63,633 nt of DNA, filler included, from Octopus bimaculoides (GCF_001194135.2; 8 parts of 7 records of this genome joined end to end with filler, not necessarily neighbours in it); one strand, 5' to 3'. Counted from the whole stretch's first letter, positions 48,463-62,364 are shown. Notes: a model not told the origin generated them from the sequence alone. Numbers and translations: made by a program.

Positions 48463-50579
48463 CCCTTTCAATACCAACCCGGCTGAAAAATTTTTTGGTT
48501 TATAAGACCAACCCAGCCGAGAAAATCCATTGTTATTTAAATGTGAATTTGAACACAAATCTCATTAGTACATTTGTGAAAACACGTGATTTCACCTTGT
48601 AAATAGTTGAGTTATAGTATCCAACATTGTTTAACATGATATCTGAAATTAGTGAATTTTGGGAGATTTTTGTCCACATTTTTTTGACGCTTATTTTTTT
48701 TTCAACTTTGAAAATGGATAGGAATTTCATGCTATCAAGTAGTGATTCTGAGTTTGAAAGTTTTTCAACGGAAGATATGGAGATATCAAGAAAAAGAATG
48801 AATGAGGTACAAAGGCACGTGGTGTACAAGAATGAATCGGATATTTCTGTATCCGAAACTGAAAGCAGTGATTCTGAAGAAACTGAAAGCAGCGATAGCA
48901 AAGACGATTTTACATCGGAATGGAGTAAAAAGTTTTTAAATGTTTTTATTTCTGGGGAGATGGAGTCTACCCATAGTCTTTCTCAGGAAGCGCAACCGTT
49001 AAGACTTTTTTTCTTATTTTTTCCAGTATGCTTATTTGAAGCGATCACTGTGGAAACAAACCATTATGCAGAATGTAAACAAACAGAATATGTCAGGAAA
49101 GCCCATGAAATGGAGGATCAAAGTCTGTGGGTACTGCTGTGGATTTAGTTTTTCTACAGGGAAAAAGAGACAATAATGTTAGTCAGCATGGCCTAGGGTA
49201 CAATGTGGTCTGGAATTTATCAATTCCATACCATAACCAAGGCCATATATTATTTTTTGACCGATTTTTTAGTTCGGTCAAACTTGCAGTGGATTTAGAA
49301 GCTGTGACAACATATACGTGTGCTACAGTAATTGCTAGTAGAAAAGGGCTGCTGTTGGATATAAAAAAAAGCAAAATTAAAAGAGGTGAAACAATCCAAC
49401 AGCAGAAAGGAAATCTGCTAGCAACTGCATAGAGACAAGAGGCAAATAAATTTTCCATCTACCAATGCACAACCATGTGTAGATGAAAACGGCACTCCAT
49501 TTATGAACCTTGATTATAACAGGCACATGGGCAGTGTAGATCGGCTGAACCAGATGATGAGTTATTTGGTTGGTAGACCAGGTAATAAATGGTGGCGATA
49601 CCTGGTTTGGTGTATAGTAAACATGAGCATTGTAAATGCATTTATATTATATACCAAATCAGGAGGGGCTTGCAAGCGCTGCAACCATCTGCAGTTTCGA
49701 GCAAGTTATTCCTCCAAAAAAATAACTACAAGAAGGAAAAGCAAAGCCTGCCAGAGAGATATCCCAGAGTTCGGTCCATCTCCATAAATTAGAAAAAATC
49801 AGGGGTCGCAAAAGGCAGTGCCGTGAATGTTTATCCACAAAGAAAAACTCCCAGTGAATGGCCAGTTGAAACTTCTTTCTAATGTACATTCTGCAATGTT
49901 GCCGTATGTAGAGTGGGATGTTTTACAACTTTCCATGATAGAAATATTGTGTGAATATTGTATATATGTATGATTAGATTGTATAAATATTTTTCAAATT
50001 TACTTCGTTTTATTTTTTATTTACTTGTAATTTTAATTTAACTGTAAGGTGAGTGACGAGTTTTGATTTAATTTCTATTGTAAATCTTTATTATATATGT
50101 TCTTGTGTATTCATGTATGTGTGTGAGTATATATCATTTAGTTGATGTATTTAATTTTTTAGTTTTCTTCAAAAACAAATTCCAGTATTTCACTTTTATG
50201 GTACACCTGTTTGTCTGTGCATTAAATTCTATTGATAATCTAGTGATGTGCACAATTCTTCTATATCAAAATTCTGTTGCATACCCAATTGAATATTAGC
50301 TGATGATTCATTTTCTATTGTGATGTTTAAACAAAATTTTAATATTTTTACATTTTGCTCAGTTTACCTGGATTTACCTGTAATTAGAGTCACTTTGAGA
50401 CAAAAGTTATGGAATAGAATTGATTAAGAACCCTTTCTTTAATTATGTTCCAAATATCACATTAATATGTTGATAAGTAAAAAAGTTACAGTTGTTTAAT
50501 GAAACTAGTCTAAATTCATGATTATTTAATTGAAACTCACGAGGAGTGTATTTTGGTCAGAAATATAGTAATGAAAGGG
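48463..50579 (+). mobile_element. piggyBac-like DNA transposon copy 1 (defective, internal deletion)
   Basis: TTAA TSD at 48459-62 and 50580-83; termini CCCTTTC...GAAAGGG. Acidic N-terminus from ATG 48714, YNRHMGSVDRLNQM motif, C-terminal Cys-rich domain; stops and frameshifts present. Confidence 0.88.
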
Positions 50580-52084
50580 TTAATAATTAAATAAAAAAAG
50601 AATAGAAAGTGGCAAAAATTGTTTACTTTCATTGATTGAACTTTATCCCCTTCATAAATATGACCATGTTCCAAGGTAGTCATAATTTTCTACACAATAT
50701 TCATTTTTATATTTGTATCAAAATCTGAAGTCTATGAAACCTTGTTACATCTAGTCAAGTTATAAGAGTGTCAAATTGCTACAAAATCATCAAAACAGCA
50801 TTAAACCCCATAACGATTCCAATCCAAAATAAGTAAATAGACACTATAAGTAAAGACATCTCACTGTTGCAGTCAGGGCACAGAATAACAGCTAGTTGTT
50901 AGTATGCAACATTATGTTCCAATCCAATCAAGAAACCAAGAAGACTCACATATTACTTCCTGGATAAAAAGTTGAGAAATACAAGCACATATATAATTGA
51001 CCTAGAGATAACTGCCTGTTTGATGTTTCGCTCAAGGAATGGAGACTATAATTGGCCAACTCTGGGCCTGAACATGTCCACCTCTATTTTCTACAATTAG
51101 AGTTCAATCTGTCAGGATACCCAAGTATAGGCACCACCATTAGTTATAACAGTTAAAAATGAATAGGTTATTTGCTGACTCTACATTTAGTTTCTCCTTG
51201 AACACTTCATACTTTTGTATCCTAAAGTAGTATGTCTGCTTGAGTTAACTCTCAGCTTAGCTCTAAGTAGGTACCACCTACAGTAACTACTTTTTGAGAC
51301 CAATATTTAAATAAAAATCCATCAGTTTTAACTTTCATGTCTCAGTCATTAGACTGGCCATGCTGGAGAATTATCTTGAAGGACTTAGTTGAACAAATCA
51401 AAGCTAAACTCTTTTTGTCTAGAACTTATTCCTGTCTCTTTTGCCAAATTGCTAAGTTACATAAACAAACCAACACCAGGATTAATTTTCAAAGTAACTA
51501 AACCACATAGGCAGTGTATTTCTAGAGGAATATTCATCATTTAACGTCCTCCTTCCATGCTTCGTGTCTGTTTTGGCATGATAGCTAGATGCCCTTCCTA
51601 ACACGAACCACTCTGCAGATTGGATTGAGTGCCTTTCATGTGGCACTCGCACAAGCAAGGTCAGTTTTGGCAGTTTTTACAGCTAGATGCCCTTCCAAAT
51701 GCCAACCACTTTACAGTGGCATCTGCACTAGCAAGGTCACCAAGTAACTTTGCAAGACAAAGAATTGCAGGGAGGGGGCATTGGAGGAGGTGATCCTGTA
51801 TCAGATGAAAGGTTAGAGTGTGACAGAAAGAGATGTCTTGCTAAAGAGGAAGTACATAGAGAGAGAGAGACTAGAAACAGGTGTGCCTACTGAAGAGGAG
51901 GGACATGGTTACCTAGAGCATTATTAAGAACAAATTCTAAATGTCAAACTGTAACTTAACACTGTACAGTGTGAAGCTCATTACTTACTGTCTACATCAT
52001 TTATCACATTTTGTGCACATAAGCTAAATGGTAAAAAAATGCAAAATTTTTTTAAGGGATGGTTCTAACTCTTAACACTATACT

Positions 52085-52665
52085 TCAAATAACTGAATTT
52101 GTTGTATACTTTAAAAAAAAATTAAAACGCACACACAGAAAGTATTTTGCATGTGGCAGATGTACAGGTATAATAAACACTAGAAATTTACAAAAAATAG
52201 ACCTCATCAAATGCCAGGGAGGATACCTAGAAGTAGTCGATAGCTTCCATTATCTGTGACCAAGTCAGCAGTGGAGGTGGATGCTCCAAGAGCGTAACTG
52301 CTAGATGCTAGGCAAAGTTCAGAGAGCTTCTACCTTTGTTGGTAACAAAGGACCTCTCCTTCTGAGTGAAAGGCAGATTGTATGGTGCCTGTATGTGACC
52401 AGCCATGCGAAGGCTTGAAAGAAACGAAGCTAGCATGCTTTGTTTGATGTACAATGTCAGTATGCATGTACAACAAAGTGTAAATGTCTTGAGAGAAAAA
52501 TTGAGCATAAGAGGTATCAGATGTGTGCAAGAGAGACAAACATGCTGGTATGGTCATGTGATGCAGATGGACAAGGATAGCTGCGAAAAGAAGTGTCAAA
52601 CTCTAACTGTGGAAGAGGCAGACTTGAGATAAGGTGGTGAAACATGATCTTCAGATGTTGGGTAC
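52085..52665 (+). mobile_element. RTE-clade LINE, RT C-terminal remnant (5' part, before the piggyBac insertion)
   Basis: EVVDSF.YL, GGC..SV.AR, KFRELL, KGRLY, RLERNEASML, WYGHVM.M. Confidence 0.85.
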
Positions 52666-52669
52666 TTAA

Positions 52670-54818
52670 CCCTTTCGCTAAGCAAACCACCTGTAATCAC
52701 ATCTTCATATTTAAATGAGAATATCAGAGCAAATCTCGTTAGTACATTCATGAAAACACGTGATTATACTGTGTAAACAGTTTAGCTAGTTTTGTACAAC
52801 AATCAACGTGTTATTTTAATTTTGTGAGATTTTTTTCCAAATATGTTCCTGTTGTGTTTTAAAAATTTGTAATTCTGACAAAAAATGGATACGAATTTCA
52901 TTCTGTCAAGCAGCGAGTCAGAATTCGAAGGATTTTCCACTGAAGACCTTGATTAATCTAACTCTATAATTGAAAAAAAAAAAGCATGTTGTATTTGATA
53001 ATGAATCTGATGTTTCATTTTCCGAAAGTGAAAGCAGTGAATCCGAGAGCTCCAATGACACCTGAATGGGATAAAAATTTTAAAATTGTTTCTTTCAGTG
53101 ATTTTTCTGAAGAAACTGGACCAAGTCACAGTCTTTCTCAGGAGAACAAAGCTTTGGACTATTTCTTTCTGCTTTTTCCTATGTACCTATTTGAAATAAT
53201 TACGGCGGAAACAAATCGTTACGCTGAAAGTAAACAAAGCGTAAAAAAGGATAGTTTGTGGTTTACCACACGTTTAAATGAAATTAAGGCATATTTTGCC
53301 ATAAATATTATTATGGGCATTAGAAAGTTACCCAGAATAACAAATTACTGGAGTAGTGATGAACCCTTTGGAGACGAATATGTCTTGAGTATAATGACGA
53401 GGACACAATTTTTTAAATTGACTCAGTATTTACATATAAGAGACACGAGCAGTACACCAGTACGTGGAGAACCAGACTTTGATCCCTTATTTAAAATAAG
53501 ACCCCTCTCATTGACTGTGTTCAAAACACATATAAAACAGTTTATAAACCAGAGAGATATTTATCTATTAATGAGGGTATGGCTATAAAGGCCGAGTGCA
53601 TTTTCAACAATATATGCCAGGAAAGTCCACAAAATGGGGGATCAACGTTTGGAAGATTTATGAATCAAATACTGGATACTGCTCTGAATTTGAATTTTAT
53701 ACAGGAAAAAGAGACAATTATGTAAGTCAGCATGGCCTAGGTTATGATGTGGTCTGGAATTTATCATTTCCATACCATAACCAGGGCCATATATTATTTT
53801 TTGACCGCTTTTTCAGTTCGGTCAAACGTGCGGAGAATTTAGATACTGTGGCAACACATTCGTGTGTTACAGTGATCGCTAGTAGAAAAGTACTGCCGTT
53901 GGATATAAAAAAAGCAAAATTAAAAAAAATAGGTGAAATAATTCAACAGCAGTAAGGAAATTTGCTAGCGACCGCATACAGATATAAGAGGCAGATTAAT
54001 TTTCTGTCTACCTGTGCATGGCCACATGTGGATGAAAATGGCATGCCATTTGTGAACCTCGATTATAACAGGTACATGGGTGGTGTAGATCAGCTGAATC
54101 AGATGATGTCTTATTATCCAGTTGGCAGACCGGGGAATAAATGGTGGTGATACTGGTTTGGTATATAGTAAATATGAGTATTACTAATGCATTTATACTA
54201 TATACCAAATCGGGACCAGCTTGAAAGCGACGCGACCATCTACAGTTCCATGCAGATGTAGCAACACAACTAAGAGCTGGTTATTCCTCAAAATAAATAA
54301 ATAAATAACTGTAGAGAGAAAGAGCAAAGCCTGTCAGAGGGATATTCCTCTGAATTCAGTCGATCTCCATAAATTAGAAAAAAAATCGAGGGTCGCAAAT
54401 GCCTTCATCAAAATAAGGAAGCTCCTAGTGGAAGGGCTGCTGAAACAACTTTCCAATGTGCATTCTGCAAGGTTGCATTATGCAGAGCAGGGTGCTTTAC
54501 AAGTTTTCATGATAGAAATATTGTTTGATTTGTTTTTATAAATATTTTCAAATTTACTTCGTTTTTATTTTTCTTTATGTGTAATTTTAATTTACCTGTA
54601 AAGTGAGTGACGAATTTTGATTAATTTCTTTTGTAAATCATTATTGTATATTTCTGTGTATCTATGTATGTGGGAGAGCTTATTTAGGCACTATCATGCT
54701 GTCAGAAGTGAAAGTGCTCACTGCTAGTGAAGTATCTGTCTGTCTGCCTGCCTGTTGCTGGCCTGTCGATTCTTTGGCTACTGACAGCTAATACCATGAC
54801 TGGCCGGAGCGAGCTATA

Positions 54819-54851
<33 letters not shown>

Positions 54852-55545
54852 NNNNNNNNNNNNNNNNNNNNNNNNNNNNNNNNNNNNNNNNNNNNNNNNN
54901 NNNNNNNNNNNNNNNNNNNNNNNNNNNNNNNNNNNNNNNNNNNNNNNNNNNNNNNNNNNNNNNNNNNNNNNNNNNNNNNNNNNNNNNNNNNNNNNNNNNN
55001 NNNNNNNNNNNNNNNNNNNNNNNNNNNNNNNNNNNNNNNNNNNNNNNNNNNNNNNNNNNNNNNNNNNAAATTATTTAAAATATAAAAATATAATTTTCAA
55101 CAGAGAGAATTTATCAAAATAGAAAACAAATGAAGTTTGAAGTTTTAAAATAATAGGATCGACCACTCACGACTAGCTTTTGTGTGTTTAAATTCACCTG
55201 ATGAATCCATTAATGTGCACAACTCTTCTATAGTAAAATTTTGTTGTATACCCAATTGAATATTAGCTAATAACCCATTTTCTATAGCGATGTTTGAACA
55301 AAAATTTTAATAATTTTATATTTTGTTGAATTTACCTGTAATTAGAGTTACTTTGTGACAAAAATTATGGTATAGAATTGATTGAGAACCTTTTGTTAAA
55401 TTATCTTCCAAAAATCACATTAATATGTTGATAAATAAAAAAGTTAGAGTTGTTTAACAAAACCAGACTAAATTTATGATTATGTTAGAAATTAATTGAA
55501 ACACATAATGGGTGTATTTTGGTTAGAAATATGGTAACGAAAGGG
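52670..55545 (+). mobile_element. piggyBac-like DNA transposon copy 2 (defective, more complete transposase)
   Basis: TTAA at 52666-69 and 55546-49; termini CCCTTTCG...CGAAAGGG. ATG 52885; ETNRYA, YMPGKSTKWG, FFDRFFSSV, YNRYMGGVDQLNQM, and C..C..ALC...CF..FH. Confidence 0.9.
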
Positions 55546-55549
55546 TTAA

Positions 55550-55800
55550 GGAAGCAATGATGATTGAGACCTTTGCCAATTTGCTGAGCCTAAGAAGACT
55601 CAAGCCAAGTGAAATCGTAGTTGTGGACAGTGCCAGTGACATATAAAAGACATCCACTACACGCTTGGAGTGGTTGACATTAGGAAGGGCATCCAGCCAT
55701 AGAAACCAAGCCAAAATCAGACTGGGGCCTGGTACAGCTTTCCAGTTCCAATCAAACTATCTGACATATGCCAGCATGGAGAATGGATGTTAAATGATGA
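55550..55800 (+). mobile_element. RTE-clade LINE 3' end (continuation after piggyBac)
   Basis: The reading frame resumes after TTAA (EAM..RDL...KTQAK*), followed by a 3' UTR ggttgacattaggaagggcatccagcc...gatgttaaatgatgatg. Confidence 0.75.
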
Positions 55801-56009
55801 TGACCCTTACAGTGCAGCTGATATCAACAAACTTGTTCTTCAGGGTCTTGGAAACCAATAAATATTATTTCATGATTTAATTTTGAGAGAAAAGAATTTT
55901 CTAAAAACCNNNNNNNNNNNNNNNNNNNNNNNNNNNNNNNNNNNNNNNNNNNNTTAATTAATTAANNNNNNNNNNNNNNNNNNNNNNNNNNNNNNNNNNN
56001 NNNNNNNNN

Positions 56010-57830
56010 TAGACAGTGGGTTAACATGGAAGTGGTGGTATGGGACAACATGTCAGTGGTGATGGGGGCAACATGTTTGTGGTGGTGATATGTTAACATC
56101 ATAGTGATCAGTTAACCTATCAATGGTAGTGACCAAGTATGTGACAGAAGGTGCAGTAACATGTCAGTGATAGTGGGGTAATATGGCAGTTGTGGTCAGT
56201 TAACCTTTAAACAGTGATGGGTTAACACGTGAATGATGTTGGGATAATATAGCAGTTATAGTCAGTTAATCTGTTTGTACTGATGAGTTAACATATCAGT
56301 GTTGATGGGATAACATGTCAGTGATAGTGGGATAACTTCTCAGTGGCGACAATAGGTTAACATTATTGTAATGATAAATTAAAATGTCATCGATGGTTTA
56401 TTAACTTGTCAGTGCTCATGAGATATCATATCTGTGGTCAGTTAACCCATCAATAACAGTGGGTTAACATGTAACTGGAAGTGCAGTAAAATGTCAGTGA
56501 TGATGGGATAATATGGCAGTTGTGCTCAATTAACCTGTTAATAACAATGTGTTAACATGCCAGGATAACATGTCAGTTATCCCATCACTAACATGGGATA
56601 ACCTGTTAATGATGGTCAAGGTTAGCATTATTGTAATGATGGGTTAACTTGTCAGTGGGGGTAGAGGAACTTGTCAGCGCTAGTGGAATAACATACCTGT
56701 GGTGATGCTGAAATAGAGCAGTGATCAGTTAACCTTCCAATAGTAGTGGGCTAACATGTCAGTGATGGTGATAGATTTGCATTGTATTGAGATGTCAGTG
56801 CTGGTGAGATAAAATACAAGTGATGGNNNNNNNNNNTGCATTGTATTGAGATGTCAGTGCTGGTGAGATAAAATACAAGTGATGGTGATAGGTTAACATA
56901 ATAATGATGGGTTAAAATTTAAATGCTGGAGGGATAACATATCATTGATGGTGATGGGTAACATCATTGCAGGGATGGGTTATTGTGTCAATGCTAATGA
57001 GGTAACATATCAGACATATCAATAATACTGGTGGGGTAACATCCTAGTAATAAGGAGTAACATGTCACTGGTTTTAATTAACATGTTAGTACCTGTGGGA
57101 TGATGGGATAATATAGAAGTTATAACCAGTTAACCTGTCAGCAGTTGTCAGGTAAGATGGTGCTGTGAATGGACATAGCAGTAATAGTGGTAGTTTGTTA
57201 ACATGTCAAGGAAGCTGGGTTAACATATAAGTATACATGTCAGTTATAGTGGGGTAAAATGTTAACAGTAGTGGGTTAACAGTGGATCAACATGGAAATG
57301 ATAGTGGATCAACATATCTGTAGTGATGAGGTATTACGTTAGTGGTGTTGGAACAAATCAGTGGATGTGGAATAACAGGTTAATAGTTGTGGGGTGACTC
57401 CATTGTGGTGGGGTGAGATAACATGACAGTGGATATGGGGAAACATGTTTGTAGTTGTGGGTTATCTAACAGTGGGGGAGGTGAAGTAACAACAGTGGAA
57501 ATAGGGTACACAACAGTGGGCAGGATGAGGTAATATGGCAATTGATATTGGGGAAAGCATGTTAAGAATTGTGGGTTACAAAACAGTTAGGGTGGTGAGG
57601 CAAATACAACAGTGGAAATAGGGTACATGACAGTGGGCAAACATGATGTAACAAGGCAACTGTTATGGATTGTAAAACAACATGACAATGAAGGGTGTGG
57701 AGTAATATGACAGTGCATGTGAGGCAATATGTTAGTGATAATGGGGTAATATACTGGTGGCAGTGGAGTGACATATCTACAGTAATGGGTTAATGTGACT
57801 GTAATAGGGAGGTTAACTTCTAGATATATT
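56010..57830. repeat. Degenerate minisatellite with a GTTAAC/CAGTG core
   Basis: Recurring cagtg(at)gg(g)ttaacat(g)t and gggataacatgtcagtg variants over ~1.8 kb, G-rich on the + strand. Confidence 0.75.
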
Positions 57831-58048
57831 ATAGAAACATAATGAGCCCTTCAAACAGTATTTATTGTTAATGTTTTGCTTGATTGATGAAATCAAAAGT
57901 AAAATTTAATTCAAAATTTAGTGCGAAAGCTAAAAAAAAAAAAAAACCNNNNNNNNNNNNNNNNNNNNNNNNNNNNNNNNNNNNNNNNNNNNTTAATTAA
58001 TTAANNNNNNNNNNNNNNNNNNNNNNNNNNNNNNNNNNNNNNNNNNNN

Positions 58049-58084
<36 letters not shown>

Positions 58085-58497
58085 TGTATATGTATGTATA
58101 GTTGCATGTATATATGTGCATACATGATACATGCATGCATGTGTAAGGACGAAAGAGGAGGAGGAGATCGTAAAATAAGAAACGAACAGATATTACTTCG
58201 AGTTCTCGTATTTTTTCTTTTGAAGTTGATAGAAAGCGATTAGTTAAAGAATACACATACTTTAAGCAAAATCTACGCATCCATAGATACGTACATACAC
58301 ACACACACAAACACAACCACACACACATAAGTATGTATGTATATTGTATGAATATAATTAGATGTGTATCGATTGACGCACATATATTTAATTACAAAAC
58401 GAGAGAAATTGATCCGCGTGTACATATGTATATATATATATATATCATATATATATATATCATATATATATATATATCATGTATATATATATATTAG

Positions 58498-58532
<35 letters not shown>

Positions 58533-58657
58533 ACGAATGTATGTTGGGAGATGTGTGGGTTTGTAAGCAAGTGCGTTGCTAAATACGGTTATAAAGATAT
58601 ATTTTGTAAAATACGTATACAATTACATATGTTAAATCTTGTATGTATATATATATG

Positions 58658-58703
<46 letters not shown>

Positions 58704-58965
58704 AGTCTATGTATGTATGTATGTATGTCCACATACATAAACACACACGCTCACACATATATACATATATACATACATACGTACACAAGCTTGCACAAGC
58801 ACCGAAAGAAGTAGCATTTTTTTTTCGCTATATATTATTTCACGGATCTTTTTTGCATCCGTTTTCTGCTAATTTCTTCAAATGCCTACTTATCCGTGTT
58901 TATCAATATTGAAGTATTATATATATATATACTCCCGTTTATACCTACATACACACACACAGACA

Positions 58966-59029
<64 letters not shown>

Positions 59030-59179
59030 ATATGTATATATAATATATGTAATAATAATAATAATGACATATATAAATATATATATATAAACACACAAAC
59101 GTATGTATATATATACATATAGATATATATTTATATATAAGTATATATGTATATACATTTACATAGATACATACATGCA

Positions 59180-59215
<36 letters not shown>

Positions 59216-59994
59216 TGTGTGTAGTTATGTTTAACCTCATCTTTTTAAACAAAACGTGAACAGGTATTCATTGCAGCAATCTTGAGATCGTGTGCAGAAA
59301 TCAAAACTAAACACACACAAAAAAACCCCCCAAAAATGCCCGCTCGCGAACGGGGGTGGGGGTGGGGAGAGGGCTCGGAACGTCCAGGATGTGAATGTTC
59401 CGAGCCCTACCCCCACTTTCGCGAGCGCGCGTTTCTTTTTTTTTCCTATTCTTTTCTTTCCTATTCTTTCCCAGTTGTTTTACACTATTTTTTTGTATTT
59501 CGTTTTTGAGCTCGGGTCAAACATTCATAGTTTTAACACCCTTTTATTGCCTTAAAAAGTTGTTTTGGGGATTATATTTTTGTATGTCGAAGTTGTTCAA
59601 CAACTGATGCATTCGGTTGTGCAAATTGTTTGCACGGGAAACCTGCCTTTTGTGGTGAATTTACCGATATTATCTAATATTATTTTCGGCTTTTCTTCGC
59701 CATTTGTGGTCGTTTTTGAGACTCGGCGTCTCGAAGCCATGGCAGACGATCTCAGAACGAACGCCGGACTCCATACACAACGTCTCTTGGCGACGTTGAT
59801 TTCCTTACACTCCCTTCACCACGGCTTCACGAAGGAGGGAAGAACCGCTAAGTTATGGGGACCTAAACACACCAGCGCGCATTTTTTTTTTGTTTTTTTT
59901 TCCTATTCATTCCCAGCAACTTGTTTTACATCTATTACACTAATTTTATTTCGTTTTTGAGCTCGGGTCAAACACTACAGTTTTACGAAGATAG

Positions 59995-60260
59995 GCAGGT
60001 AGGTAGGTAGGTAGGTAGGTAGATAGACAGAGATAGATAGACAGATAGATAGATACCTTGATAGGTAGGTAGGTAGGTAGGTAGGTAGGTAGGTAGGTAG
60101 GTAGGTAGGTAGGAAGGCAGATAGCTTGGTAGGTAGGTAGGTAGGTAGGTAGGTAGGTAGGTAGATAGGTAGATTGATTAATAAATAGCTAGAGAGAGAG
60201 ACAGAAAGAAAGATAGACAGATAGATGCGTATAGATAGATAGATAGATAGATAGATAGAT
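59995..60260. repeat. (TAGG)n/(TAGA)n microsatellite
   Basis: Direct reading; a similar tract lies at 29640-29705. Confidence 0.95.
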
Positions 60261-60642
60261 GATATGCAGAGCGACATAAATAAACATGTCTTGACAGAAG
60301 ATATCAACGCGTAATTAAATTACGAATTGTAAGATATATTACATATAAGTATATGTATATGTATATGTGTGTGTGTGTATACATATGTTTTTATTACGTG
60401 CGTCCCATTTTTGCTCATTAAAGTGCAGTTGCTTGAGCGTTGCTTGAAATGTGCACTTTACGCCATTGTGCGCATCAAGGATGCATCTCTGTGACGCAGG
60501 CTTAGAATTGTAAAGGAATTCATTACCGTAAGTGTGTTTATGTAGTAGACAGGTGAACATGTTACCGCCTAAGTACATATACATGAGTACGTATATGTAT
60601 ATATATATGTATTTGTGTGTGTATATATATGTATATATATAC

Positions 60643-60693
<51 letters not shown>

Positions 60694-61679
60694 NNNNNNN
60701 NNNNNNNNNNNNNNNNNNNNNNNNNNNNNNNNNNNNNNNNNNNNNNNNNNNNNNNNNNNNNNNNNNNNNNNNNNNNNNNNNNNNNNNNNNNNNNNNNNNN
60801 NNNNNNNNNNNNNNNNNNNNNNNNNNNNNNNNNNNNNNNNNNNNNNNNNNNNNNNNNNNNNNNNNNNNNNNNNNNNNNNNNNNNNNNNNNNNNNNNNNNN
60901 NNNNNNNNNNNNNNNNNNNNNNNNNNNNNNNNNNNNNNNNNNNNNNNNNNNNNNNNNNNNNNNNNNNNNNNNNNNNNNNNNNNNNNNNNNNNNNNNNNNN
61001 NNNNNNNNNNNNNNNNNNNNNNNNNNNNNNNNNNNNNNNNNNNNNNNNNNNNNNNNNNNNNNNNNNNNNNNNNNNNNNNNNNNNNNNNNNNNNNNNNNNN
61101 NNNNNNNNNNNNNNNNNNNNNNNNNNNNNNNNNNNNNNNNNNNNNNNNNNNNNNNNNNNNNNNNNNNNNNNNNNNNNNNNNNNNNNNNNNNNNNNNNNNN
61201 NNNNNNNNNNNNNNNNNNNNNNNNNNNNNNNNNNNNNNNNNNNNNNNNNNNNNNNNNNNNNNNNNNNNNNNNNNNNNNNNNNNNNNNNNNNNNNNNNNNN
61301 NNNNNNNNNNNNNNNNNNNNNNNNNNNNNNNNNNNNNNNNNNNNNNNNNNNNNNNNNNNNNNNNNNNNNNNNNNNNNNNNNNNNNNNNNNNNNNNNNNNN
61401 NNNNNNNNNNNNNNNNNNNNNNNNNNNNNNNNNNNNNNNNNNNNNNNNNNNNNNNNNNNNNNNNNNNNNNNNNNNNNNNNNNNNNNNNNNNNNNNNNNNN
61501 NNNNNNNNNNNNNNNNNNNNNNNNNNNNNNNNNNNNNNNNNNNNNNNNNNNNNNNNNNNNNNNNNNNNNNNNNNNNNNNNNNNNNNNNNNNNNNNNNNNN
61601 NNNNNNNNNNNNNNNNNNNNNNNNNNNNNNNNNNNNNNNNNNNNNNNNNNNNNNNNNNNNNNNNNNNNNNNNNNNNNNN

Positions 61680-61724
<45 letters not shown>

Positions 61725-62281
61725 TTCTATAAATGTGCGCATGCAATTATGAATGTATGTGTAATTGCGTACATATAATTGCGTATGTTTGTATGAATAT
61801 ATGTATTAATATTCGTATAGATATATAAACATACGAATATAGATTTATGTTTGTGTCTATGCACGTATTTAAGTATGTACACACACACATTCACATATAT
61901 TTATATGTAGTTACATTTATGTATGTATATATCTACATTTATATACATATTATTGAAGTCAAACCAACTAATGATATGTAAATGCGTTTAAGACGCGCCT
62001 TTTAGATCGTTGCACAAGAGATGAAAAGGAAATTTCATCACTTACGCAAAATCTTCCTCGGTTAAGACCGACTATACACACACTCACACACACACACACA
62101 CAGTTTCCCATTCATTCGAGCCTCCTATGCCACCGATGTTATCCAAGAGAAAGGCAAAGGGGCCGATAGACCTTGGTATCANNNNNNNNNNNNNNNNNNN
62201 NNNNNNNNNNNNNNNNNNNNNNNNNTTAATTAATTAANNNNNNNNNNNNNNNNNNNNNNNNNNNNNNNNNNNNNNNNNNNN

Positions 62282-62324
<43 letters not shown>

Positions 62325-62364
62325 TAATTTATATATCTATAAACTCTCTATGTATGTATCTGTT

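Noticed and set aside
50944-51070. Candidate TONSL exon ending at a GTGAGT donor
   Set aside because: The only open frame (PELANYSLHS...) shows no TONSL similarity.
12474-61778. Long ORFs of 150-490 aa in the ORF track containing X runs and YI/CV/HT repeats
   Set aside because: They read through N gaps and dinucleotide microsatellites and have no coding signal.
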